A stretch of DNA of 63,256 bases, counting the filler, from Basidiobolus ranarum (taxonomy: Eukaryota): the NCBI GenBank assembly GCA_040143965.1. It is 44 parts of 44 records of this genome, joined end to end, with 100 filler letters (N's around TTAATTAATTAA, not from the genome) between each part and the next. Parts side by side here need not be neighbours in the genome. Positions count along the whole stretch, not along the records: positions 1 to 1,346 come from JASJQH010012335.1; positions 1,447 to 2,791 come from JASJQH010012336.1; positions 2,892 to 4,236 come from JASJQH010012337.1; positions 4,337 to 5,681 come from JASJQH010012338.1; positions 5,782 to 7,126 come from JASJQH010012339.1; positions 7,227 to 8,570 come from JASJQH010012340.1; positions 8,671 to 10,014 come from JASJQH010012341.1; 37 more parts are not named here. One strand, written 5' to 3'. Position numbers and translations under genes: made by a program. This document shows, one piece after another, positions 1 to 10,114 of this stretch. Within the stretch, counting starts at the first letter, position 1. The number at the start of each line of letters is the position of its first letter. Under the pieces are notes generated by a model. The model saw only the letters and a program-made list of their open reading frames with translations, did not search any database and had not been told where the DNA came from.

Positions 1-238
1 TGTGAATAATGTGAGAATTAGCAATTCCATATTGGAAATTTCAAACTCATCCAAAATGCCCCAAATATAGCTGATTTTACTGCCACAGAGGTTCTGAACA
101 CAACCCCAGTATTAGTTTTCTGTATTTCCACCAAAAAGTATAAATGCTTTATTTCTGGACAATAAATAATTATCTCACAAAGCTATTCACAACTCCACTT
201 TTCTAAAGTTCCTCCAAACAGCCCATATTTTCCCAATA
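1..238 (+). repeat. 3' part of the 5' LTR of Ty1/copia family G
   Basis: AT-rich segment with TATAAA and AATAAA, ending ...CCCAATA (probably decayed ...AACA) immediately before a PBS and gag. Confidence 0.6.
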
Positions 239-254
239 GGTTATGAGCCCTGTG
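239..254 (+). promoter_or_regulatory. Primer-binding site complementary to the anticodon arm of initiator tRNA-Met (half-tRNA priming, Ty5/copia type)
   Basis: GGTTATGAGCCCTGTG contains the reverse complement of the tRNAiMet segment CAGGGCUCAUAACC. Confidence 0.85.
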
Positions 255-270
255 TTCTAACCTTTACAGC

Positions 271-1346
271 ATGACAGAAACCACTACTACCACTTTTATT
301 AACTCAAGTGTTGAAAAGCTTGATGGAGAAAATTACAATTTCTGGAAGTTCAAGATGCAAATCATGCTGGAGGACAGGGAGCTTTGGGATGTAGTCTCTG
401 GAGATGAAAAGGAACCTTCTGACCCTTCTTTATTGGAAGCTTACAAGAAAAGAGACAAGAAGGCCTTTAATGTCATTTGTCAAAGTTTGAAGGATTCACA
501 ACTTGTGAATATTCAATATGCAAAGACTTCCCATCAAGCTTGGACTATATTGGAAGAATGTTATGAAGCAAAGAGTCTTGCTAATAGACTCTTTCTCAGA
601 CAAAAATTCTTCAATATAAAGATGGAAAAGTCTGAAAGCATGGTTACTCATATTGCAAATGTGAGATCTTTGGCAAAACAACTGGAAAATATTGGTGCAA
701 CTTTACAGGAAGAGGATGTCATTATGACTCTTCTAAGTAGTCTACCAGAACCATAATCAAGCTTGGTCACTGCTTTGGAAGCAAGATATGACAAGTTGTC
801 TTTGGAGTTTGTGGTAGCAAGGCTAATGGATCAACATCTCAGAAGTAAGAATTTGGAAAAAGAATCTGAGGAAGTGGCTCTTTTTGGAGCTGGAAAACGT
901 AGCTTTGGCAAGTACAAAGGTTACAAAAGAAGGAAACCAGGTTTATGCTATGGTTGTAACAAACCAGGACACCAGATAAAAGATTGCAAATCAAGAAATT
1001 ACAACAAAAGTGAGAAGTCAGAACAAGCAAATCAGGTTTCAACCAAAGAGGAAGTTTTATTCATTTCTGCCCTGTCAGTGACCTCTGAACAAGACTGTAG
1101 GTTGTGGTATATTGATTCTGGAGCCTCTCAACATTTCTCTAATCAAAAAAACTGGTTTAAGACACTCAAAACTGACATAAACAAGAAGGTTTATATGGGA
1201 GATGACCAGCCACTAGAAGCTCTGGGCGTGTGAGAGATTGATGTCGATCTTGGAGACATCTCTGGGGACATGTGCTTGACACTGGAAAATGTGCTATATG
1301 AGCCTGGGATAGCAAAAAATATGTTATCAGTGAGTAAAGCAACATC
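271..1346 (+). mobile_element. Ty1/copia family G gag-protease, degenerate (stops at 754-756 and 1231-1233)
   Basis: KLDGENYNFWKFKM gag N-terminus, CCHC knuckle CYGCNKPGHQIKDC, protease WYIDSGASQH. Confidence 0.95.
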
Positions 1347-1446
1347 NNNNNNNNNNNNNNNNNNNNNNNNNNNNNNNNNNNNNNNNNNNNTTAATTAATT
1401 AANNNNNNNNNNNNNNNNNNNNNNNNNNNNNNNNNNNNNNNNNNNN
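1347..1446. other. Artificial contig spacer N44-TTAATTAATTAA-N44 (first of 43 identical spacers)
   Basis: Identical 100-bp block about every 1.44 kb; linker has stops in all frames; contig lengths decrease monotonically. Confidence 0.99.
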
Positions 1447-1470
1447 AGAAGTCTACAGGCAAGTATGAGT

Positions 1471-1481
1471 AGTCTGATCAA
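1471..1481 (-). promoter_or_regulatory. Self-priming PBS (TTGATCAGACT) of gypsy LTR family E
   Basis: Lies 2 nt beyond the LTR end, lacks TGG, and is exactly complementary to AGTCTGATCAA inside the LTR (1640-1630). Confidence 0.75.
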
Positions 1482-1483
1482 AC

Positions 1484-2018
1484 TGTCATAATAAAGAATT
1501 GGACAAGGACTGGGAGCAATGACAAAAGGCAAGAAGGCAGGAGAGTACTTGGGTGTAGAACACAAGACAAGACAAAACAAGACCGGACAAGGAAGATACT
1601 CTGGCAAGAATCTTTATTGATAAGTGGCATTGATCAGACTGAGGTCTGATCAAGGAATATATGGGGCTTATATAGATATTGCAAGGTGAAACATAATATA
1701 CTTAATAGGGAATATACTGTGGCAAGTTCAAGAGTCATGGTGTTGGGGACTACTAGGACCAATACAAAGAGGGATGATGTAAGGATGATCAGGTGACCTT
1801 CCATGGAAGGTCTTGGCGGAAATACACTATGTGTGGGCTGACATGATTGGTTAGGTTTCATGTAATGTTCCAAAGAACAAGACTTCTATATAAGGGAATC
1901 TGGATGAACTGACACCAGATTGCCAAGAAGGGATGGCACAGAATATATGATGTCATCATCTAATAATAGAGGAGTTCTATTTGTAGTGGATCAGTATGCC
2001 AAGATCAGAATCATGACA
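1484..2018 (-). repeat. Complete 535-bp LTR, family E (chromovirus, Ty3/gypsy), 5' LTR
   Basis: TGTCATG...TATGACA termini, TATATAA at 1674-1668; other copies at 8169, 28354, 38541 and 58470. Confidence 0.9.
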
Positions 2019-2049
2019 CTATCATGACACCACTGAATTACTACTCTCA

Positions 2050-2593
2050 CACTGGCCAAAAGGAGCCTAGTACTAATTTAGCCTTTTCTGACAAGCCCAA
2101 ATCAGTACACCAGGCTATGGAGAGTCCCAACACAAAGTTTTGGAGTGCTGCAAAGGCAGAGAAGTATCAGTCACTCATAGATAACCAAACTTGGACTTTG
2201 GTTCAGTTACCTGATGACCAAAAATCAATTGGATGCAAATAGGTGTTTAAAGTTAAATAGCAAGCTGATGGATCTGTAGGAAGATATAAAGCCATACTTG
2301 TGGCTAAAGGATACTCTCAAATGGAAGGAATGGCCTATAATCAAACATTTGCTCCTGTAGCAAAGTTTAAATCCATCAGAACCGTACTTGTGGTGGCAGC
2401 AAAACACAGCTTAAAAATGCATCACATGGATGTTAAAACTGTGTTTTTGAATGGAGACTTGGAAGAGGATATATTCATGGATCAACCAGATGGTTTTGTG
2501 GATCCTGAGCACCCTGAGGACATGTGTAAGCTACAAAAATCACTGTAGGGACTTAAACAATCACCAAGGGTGTGGTACACTAAGATTGATACA
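2050..2593 (+). mobile_element. Ty1/copia reverse transcriptase fragment, degenerate
   Basis: YKAxLVAKGYSQ, TFAPVAK, HHMDVKTVFLNGDLEEDIFMDQPDGF. Confidence 0.95.
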
Positions 2594-2791
2594 CCTTAAC
2601 AGAAATTTGAGGATTGTTATTGTAGGAAAACCGTCACAATTTTAATCCATTTGGGATTGACTGTTAACTTACCAGCATATAATCATCAAGTTAGATTTGA
2701 TTTTAATCAATTTTTTCAGTTTCAGGAGTGAAATTTCAAGATCTCGCAAAATAGTTGCAAATGATTGGCTAAAATCTCAGAGAACTATGGA
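2594..2791 (+). mobile_element. CACTA/CMC element terminus L inserted in copia RT
   Basis: CCTTAACAGAAATTTGAGG...AAAACCGTCAC; same end at 33630, 44290, 52860 and, reversed, at 58469 and 60939. Confidence 0.8.
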
Positions 2792-2891
2792 NNNNNNNNN
2801 NNNNNNNNNNNNNNNNNNNNNNNNNNNNNNNNNNNTTAATTAATTAANNNNNNNNNNNNNNNNNNNNNNNNNNNNNNNNNNNNNNNNNNNN

Positions 2892-4236
2892 TTTGAAGTT
2901 GGTGGGGCTTGAGTAAGGAAGTATTTTGTTGGCCAAAGGCCTCGTCCCCTTCTTTAGGCTGATATTCTGCTCTACATGATAAGGCATCAGGCTTTACTTG
3001 CCGGCTACCTGGTCAATATGTAATTACAAAATCAAAACTGGCAAGAAATAATGTGCATTTTGCTTGATGATGGTAGAGAACTTTGGTTGTACTAAAAAAC
3101 TGAAGATTCTTGTGATCAAAATACACTGTGATTTTGTGATTTGCTCCATCTAAGTATTGTTGCCAATGTTCAAACGCAGCAATAATTGCTAATAGTTCCT
3201 TGTCATGGATGTCATAGTTGATTTCTGTGGCAGAGAACTTTCTTGAGTAAAAGGCAACAGGGTGCAGTAATTTGTCATCATCAAACTGTGATAGTACTGC
3301 TCCTAGTGCAAAGTTGAATGCATCAGTTTCAATAATAAATGGCTTGTCTAACTTGGGATGTGCCAGAATTGGTGCTGAGGTATAAGCACTCTTTAAAGCT
3401 ACAAATGCTTGTTTGCAAGATGGGTTCCAGTCAAATGGGAGTTCTTTCTTTGTGAGGTTTGTTAATGGGGCAGATATTTTGGAATAGTTCTTGACAAACC
3501 ATTGGTAAAAGTTTGCAATCCCAAGGAAAGATTGGACATCCTTAAAATTCTTGAGAATATCCCAAGACAGAACAGACTCAACCTTCTTAGGGTTTATGGA
3601 GATGCCTGATGTGCTGATATTATATCCAAGGAATTCAACTTAAGCTTGATCAAATTCACATTTCTCAAGTTTAGCATAGAGCCCAGAGGTCTTCAACTTC
3701 TCAAGGACTTGGGAAACACAAATATTATGTTCTTCTTGAGAGCTTGAGAAGATCAAGATATCATCACGGTAGATTACCACAAATTGGTCAAGATACTCTC
3801 TGAAGATATCATTCATCATTTGTTGAAAGACTGCAGGGGTGTTAGTAAGTCCAAATGGCATGACATTTTATTCAAAGTGTCCATAGCAAGTTTGAAAGGC
3901 AGTTTTTCATTGGTCTCCAGGTTTGATTCTTACAAGTTGTAAGCACCTCTTAGATCAATCTTTGTAAACACCTTGGCTGAAGCAAGCTGATCCAACAGAG
4001 AGTTGATTAATGGCAAGGGTGTACCAATTTTTGACTGTAATGCTATTTAGGCCATGATAATCAACACAGAGATGGAGGGATCCATCCTTTTTCTTAATAA
4101 ATAAGATTGGAGAGCCTGCTGGGGACTTTGAATGTTAGACAAATCCTTTATCTAGATTTTTTGCAATATACTCTTTCAGAATCTTGAGTTCTGGCTGGGT
4201 CAGCCCATATATAAGAGTCAAAATAAGTAACTGGAC
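2892..4236 (-). mobile_element. Ty3/gypsy RT-RNase H, degenerate
   Basis: [17 protein letters not shown](R)DDILIFS, ETDA and DKELLAII-type motifs with many stops. Confidence 0.95.
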
Positions 4237-4996
4237 NNNNNNNNNNNNNNNNNNNNNNNNNNNNNNNNNNNNNNNNNNNNTTAATTAATTAANNNNNNNN
4301 NNNNNNNNNNNNNNNNNNNNNNNNNNNNNNNNNNNNTGCTATAATAAGTCTGACCTATTTCAATACAAATCAATATGTGAACAAATGTCACGCTATACAT
4401 TCAAGTGAATGCTGTTGAAAACTATACTCTCTATAGTATGCGCTTGCATCAGATAACATTGTATTAGGCAAGTATCAATTATGTTACCATGCTATGAGCT
4501 AAAAGATAGGAAACATTCTCTCTAGCCTACTGAAACTCATGGTATTCAATATATTAGGGTAGGCTAGAGGATGCTGAATATAATTTTTATTTTATGGTAC
4601 ACTGCACATAATATATTATGCATTGTATTCTGCAATGTCAAGTCACGGTTGGATAGTCTCTAGTGCAACAATGCATCTAATACTTTATGGAATGCTATCT
4701 AATAGCATTAACTTGCTCTAGTGATGTATATGATGCATGAGTATATCCAGCTCCAACAAAACTTTCTAATTAAATATTCCACAATAGGAATAAAAGTATT
4801 CACTGGCAGTTGCTACAAGGGTGAAGTACAATTGGGAGTAGAATATATGACACCTTGCAGTGTGTTGCCAGTGACTTTACTATGCTACCAGTTGGTTCTA
4901 CAGAAACTGCTGACAAGACCCCTAGGAGAAAATGTGACAACTTGGGTGTCATAGAGCTTTCCTGCTCATTTTAATGGTGTTCTTGGTGTGTGTTAC

Positions 4997-5313
4997 TGTT
5001 GGATAATGAATATTTATTCAACATCATAGTTAACTTTAGCTATGATACATATACCAGAAACAGAAAGTAACATATCTATAGCCTCTATACTCTAAATAGG
5101 AATATCTCTATATCCATATAATAAGTATGTCTTATTACCCCCAATTATCTATTATATCTTATTACACAAGCTCCTGAATATCTCAAACAATTGATTTACT
5201 TTTCTACTACATAAGTCAACATATACTCTTAGGAATAAAGTAACTAAAGCACACTATCATAAGTTGCTTCTAATACACAAAGTCTACACCCATTATGTCA
5301 AGATCCTCCAACA
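4997..5313 (+). repeat. Complete 317-bp 5' LTR, copia family D
   Basis: TGTTGGATAA...CCTCCAACA; copies at 24773, 40087, 42787-43103 and 63146. Confidence 0.9.
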
Positions 5314-5681
5314 TGGTAGCAGCAAGTGAATTAGAGTCTTCTTCCCAAAAGGAGATTACTAATATTCCAACATTTATTGGGGAACATTTCCATGAATGGA
5401 TATTCAAGATGCAACTTGCTCTTGAAGGGAAACATTTCTGGGAAGTAGTTCAACCAGATGAAGAGGAAGAAACTTCTGAAAAAGAAAGTACAGATTCTGA
5501 CACTGAAACAAAGAAGCCAACACATAAAGAAGCCAGGGCAACCTTCAAGGAAAAAGACAGATTGGCATTTAGGGAAATATGTGTAAGACTGGGATCACAA
5601 TAACTTATGCTAGCCAGAGATGCTGACTCTGCCAAGAAGGAATGGGAAATCCTAGTAGGACATTTTGAGCAAAAAGGGCTT
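5313..5681 (+). mobile_element. Ty1/copia family D gag N-terminus, degenerate
   Basis: FHEWIFKMQLALEGKHFWEVV ... WEILVGHFEQKGL; overlaps the gag of 46334-47324. Confidence 0.85.
5314..5323 (+). promoter_or_regulatory. Canonical 3'-end tRNA PBS TGGTAGCAGC (probably initiator tRNA-Met)
   Basis: TGG directly after the LTR CA; TGGTAGC matches the ...GCUACCA 3' end typical of tRNAiMet. Confidence 0.7.
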
Positions 5682-5781
5682 NNNNNNNNNNNNNNNNNNN
5701 NNNNNNNNNNNNNNNNNNNNNNNNNTTAATTAATTAANNNNNNNNNNNNNNNNNNNNNNNNNNNNNNNNNNNNNNNNNNNN

Positions 5782-7126
5782 GGCTGAGGACACTGCAGGT
5801 GAGAGATTTTCAATGTTTTTCTCACTGATCAGGAGCTGGTGAGAAAAAGAAGAATTTTCATCAATTTTCAGTTGTTTTTCTTGAACCTGGATTGTTTTGA
5901 TTGAAATTTTTCTTCTGCAGCAAATTCCACTTCCCTTGACTTGATTAGCTTCTTATTTTTAGTGTTGTACAGTCTGCACCCTTTTGTCCCATCACAATAT
6001 CCCAAAAAAAGACATTTATGGCTTTTTCAGTCTAATTTTGATCCCTTCTGGTCTGGAATCATTGCTTATGTGCTACTTCCAAGAACTCTGAGATTAGCCA
6101 CATCAGGTTTACTTCCAAACCAAGCTTGATAAGGTGTCATAGGCAATAGACACCTAGAAGGATGTCTATTTTTAGTATATTCTGCAGTTGCAACCAATTC
6201 AGCCCAGAATTGTTTTGGTAAATCTTGATCATCAAGCATTGTTCTTGCCTTTTGCATTTTTGATCTATTTGCACATTCTGCTACTTTGTTCTGCTGTGGA
6301 GAATATGGCACTGTAGTCTGCTGTTTTATCCCATGTGTTGAGCAGAAGTTAGAGAAGAGTTTAGAGGTATATCCCCCTCTGTCATCAGTATGGATAATAT
6401 TAATCTTTAGACCTGTTTCAGTCTCCACCATTGCTTTAAATTTCTTGAAGGTATTAAAGGCTTCATCCTTACTGGCCCAAAAGTACACCCAAGTATATTT
6501 GTCTTATCATCAATAAAGGTTGTAAAATACCTTTTTCTGCCCAAGGATTTTGTCGGCATTGGGCCACACAAATCTAAGTGTATCAGGCCCAATTTGTTTG
6601 ATCAATTTTGCTCATTCCAGAGGCCACAAATGGCTGTCTGTGTTGCCTACCATATAGGCAACCTTCACATAGCTCCAGATCCGGTGGAATTATGAAATTT
6701 AGTCCCAAAACCATCTTATTTTTGATTAAATTTATCATATGTTCAGCTCCTAGATGACCCAATCTCCTCTGCCAGATTTTCCAATATATCTCTTCAGCTG
6801 TGGCAGTATTAACTAGTTCATATATTGGCCTAATACAATGAAGTTTATACAAGTTATTGTGCTTAGCTCCAGAAGCTTTGTAATTCACTTTTTGATCCCT
6901 GATTGTACAGCCATTTTGATCAAAATTAAAGCTATATCCCTCAGATGTAGCTTTACTGACTGATGACAAGTTTTCTGCTATCCCAGGCACATATAGCACA
7001 TTCTTCAGTGTCAAACACATGTCCCCAGAGATGCTCCCAAGATCCCCTTCAATTTCTCCCACTCCCAGAGCTTCTAGTGGCCGGTCATCTCCCATATAAA
7101 CCTACTTGTTTATATCAGTTTTTAGT
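5782..7126 (-). mobile_element. Ty1/copia family G protease end and integrase, degenerate
   Basis: WQRRLGH, CEGC, LIHLDLCGPM, PYSPQQN; overlaps 1170-1346. Confidence 0.95.
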
Positions 7127-7226
7127 NNNNNNNNNNNNNNNNNNNNNNNNNNNNNNNNNNNNNNNNNNNNTTAATTAATTAANNNNNNNNNNNNNNNNNN
7201 NNNNNNNNNNNNNNNNNNNNNNNNNN

Positions 7227-8168
7227 CTGTCACTTGCTCTGATGATGAGTGGTTTAACATTTTGGATACTGTGCAGAATCTGGCTCAAAATCACCTTGAT
7301 TTGTGCCAATCATGAAAAAACCAAAAACCAGACATTACTCTGAAGGTTCTTGATTTATTTCATGTGGCTTATCCTGGGCTCTTGCAAGCAAATGGCAATT
7401 GGGCTAGTATAGGCCTATTCATGAAACATCTCAAAAATGTATGCAATTATTGACTTGGAAAAGAAAGAAAAGCAGCTAAAGAAGTACAGAAGGAGCAGGA
7501 AATTAGTAATTCAAGGGAAAAGCAAAGGAGCCAGTGAGTTCAGGCTCTATTGTCCGACTTACCAAATTCTTAACATCATTACAAAGATCCACATTTCCAG
7601 AGTCAGATATACTGGCAAAAAAGCTTAATTTTACCATGGAACTGGGTACACCAGTTGAAAGAGTGCTAAATTTGGAAGTCTATCCAACACCAGGCACCTC
7701 ACAACAAGCCAAAACACCAGGAAATAAAATTCATGGCTCTACAACCTCAACTGGTACTTTTCAAAGTGTTCAAATAAGCCCCAAAGGTAAAGGCAAGCAA
7801 AAAGCTACAAAACATCACAAAGCACCCTCAGTAGTGTCACACTATAAGGACATATGAAAATAATCAAAGTGCTTGAGGAGTATTTTCAAAAGTATATGGG
7901 GAAAATGCAGTGCAAGTATGCAGAAAGTGGCTTCAGAAGAACAACATTCAACTAGACATTGAGTCTGGTGTTGACCAAGCAGATATCTGGGAAGAACTCA
8001 ATACAGAGTGGCACAATATTGTAGGGTATTGGCCAGATAGCTGTAAGAATGTTGATTCAGCAACATTAATATAATGGTGGGCTTTGATGGAGATATTGAT
8101 ACAAATTTGTGTTGGGCATGAGCTAAACCTTGGGTATGTCGAGCTCTATAAAGTATTCAAGAGAATAT
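7227..8168 (+). mobile_element. CACTA element accessory ORF2, central to C-terminal part, degenerate
   Basis: Homologous to 12500-12902, 57619-58283 and the reverse of 47566-48100. Confidence 0.8.
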
Positions 8169-8570
8169 TATCATGATTTTGATCTCGGCATACTGATCAA
8201 CTGCAAATAAAACTCTTATATTATTAGCTTATGACATCATATCTGCTGTGCCATCCTTTCTTGGCAATCTTGTGTTAGTTCATCCAGATTACCATACATG
8301 GAAGTCATGTTCTTGGGAACATTCCATGAAACCTAACCGGTCATGTCATCCCACACAGAATGTATTTTCCGCCAAGACCTTCCATGGATGGTCACCAGAT
8401 CATCCTTACATCATCCTTCTTTGTATTGGGCCTGGTAGTCCCCAACACCCTGACTCTTGAACTTGCCACAGTATATTCCCTATTCAGTATATTTTGTTTC
8501 ACCTTACAATAGCTATATAAGCCCCATGTATTCCTTGCTCATCCCTCAGTCGGATGAGCACCAGTTTTGA
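8169..8570 (+). repeat. LTR family E (variant subfamily), partial, inserted in CACTA ORF2
   Basis: Aligns with 2018-1620; hairpin TGCTCATCC/GGATGAGCA at 8536-8560. Confidence 0.85.
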
Positions 8571-8670
8571 NNNNNNNNNNNNNNNNNNNNNNNNNNNNNN
8601 NNNNNNNNNNNNNNTTAATTAATTAANNNNNNNNNNNNNNNNNNNNNNNNNNNNNNNNNNNNNNNNNNNN

Positions 8671-9303
8671 TGAAGGATTATAAGTCATATGATTGACAAG
8701 TGTTTTCCACTTGTACCAGGTTTGTGGCAAGCAACAGTTGCCAATCAACTGTGGTAAAAGTGTAAGAAAACCAATAAACACTTGGTTGCTAAGATTGGAT
8801 TGAACTCTCCACTCCTCAATAATCAAAGCTGCTTCCTTTACTGTAAGTGTTATGAGTGGACTAATGTTTGCCAATAACAAAGAGTCCATAACAAAACCAT
8901 TGTCTTCTTCTTCAACTTCTGATATACTACCATTGGTACTGGAATAACCAAGGTCAACATCTAGCAGCAAGTCCTCAAAGTTGTCTGGACTTACTGGTTT
9001 GACCAAAGTTGCATTTTGACCTACATCATTCTGGTCATATAACTGTGGTAACTCCATGGTATCTTGACTTTTAGCAGTGTTACCAAAACTTTGAGGCAAA
9101 CTACAGTCAGTGGACTCAATAGGCAAAACTAAAGTCGATTTAGTGCACTTATTACTGTTGTTATACACCAGGCTTTGTGCAGCTGGTGGCTTTGTACAGT
9201 GACTATGCTTGTGATTATTTTTTCTATGAAGCCTTTGGCTTTCATAGCACAAGAATTTGCAACAATAATAGCAGGGCTTCTTTAAACATTTGTGTTGTGG
9301 CAT
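8671..9303 (-). mobile_element. CACTA/EnSpm transposase N-terminus
   Basis: MPQHKCLKKPCYYC...H...H; the 39359-40080 copy continues into CPNGCLAF and YIPLIPHL, typical of Tnp2 (Transposase_21). Confidence 0.8.
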
Positions 9304-9514
9304 GAGAAGGATAATGTAGAAAAAAGAACACCTCCCATGTAAGGGTCGCATTTTAGGTATAGCCCATTAATATCATCAGCTGATTGTGAGATGGTGTCAC
9401 AGATGAGTCATCAGGGGATTTGCAAGATATTTCCGGTAATGGATGGCAATTTTGGTTTATTATATGCTGTTTCTAAGCAATTTCATTACACCAGTTTACC
9501 ATCTGAAAATTTCA
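9304..9514. promoter_or_regulatory. Putative bidirectional promoter between CACTA transposase and ORF2
   Basis: Conserved spacer of about 210 bp between divergent ATGs; seen in at least five contigs. Confidence 0.55.
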
Positions 9515-10014
9515 ATGCCATTCAAAAAGCATTCAAAATCTAAGTCAAAATTGGCTTCCAAGCCAAAGCTTGCTTGCACAAAAGGAAAAAAACCAGTAAG
9601 AACAGAGGACTAAATTGATGAGTAGTCTAGCAATCACTATCCACTTTGGAAGGCATTAACATGCTGGATACTAACTCAAGTAACAATGCAGCATTAATCA
9701 ATTTACCAGATGTATTCCTTTCCAGCAATAGTGCAAGTGAAGAGATTGTAATCCCCCAATTACATAGTAAATCAATAGTTGAGCAAAGTTCAACCAAAAC
9801 ACCATCAAGACCATCTACTTCCAAAATGGCTACTTTGCCCACTATTGAACAACCCTCTATAGAAAATTTGGATAGAATTATTACAATAAGGGAATTGCAG
9901 GCAGAACACCATAATGATTTGTATGCAATCATAAGTAAAAACTATGAAGTTGCTATACAGGCCATGACAAGCAATAATGCTGCAATATTGCAATTAATGC
10001 AGTGTTCCGAAGCA
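9515..10014 (+). mobile_element. CACTA accessory ORF2 N-terminus
   Basis: MPFKKHSKSKSKLASKPK basic start, Ser/Thr-rich linker, coiled-coil-like segment; multicopy. Confidence 0.8.
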
Positions 10015-10114
10015 NNNNNNNNNNNNNNNNNNNNNNNNNNNNNNNNNNNNNNNNNNNNTTAATTAATTAANNNNNNNNNNNNNNNNNNNNNNNNNNNNNN
10101 NNNNNNNNNNNNNN

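Noticed and set aside
1634-1873. Recurrent small ORFs inside LTR E (also 8248, 28433, 58477)
   Set aside because: They recur only because the LTR is repeated; starts and stops are not conserved.
4920-4945. CCCTAGGAGAAAATGTGAC as the end of a second CMC family
   Set aside because: Seen once, with no partner end or transposase.
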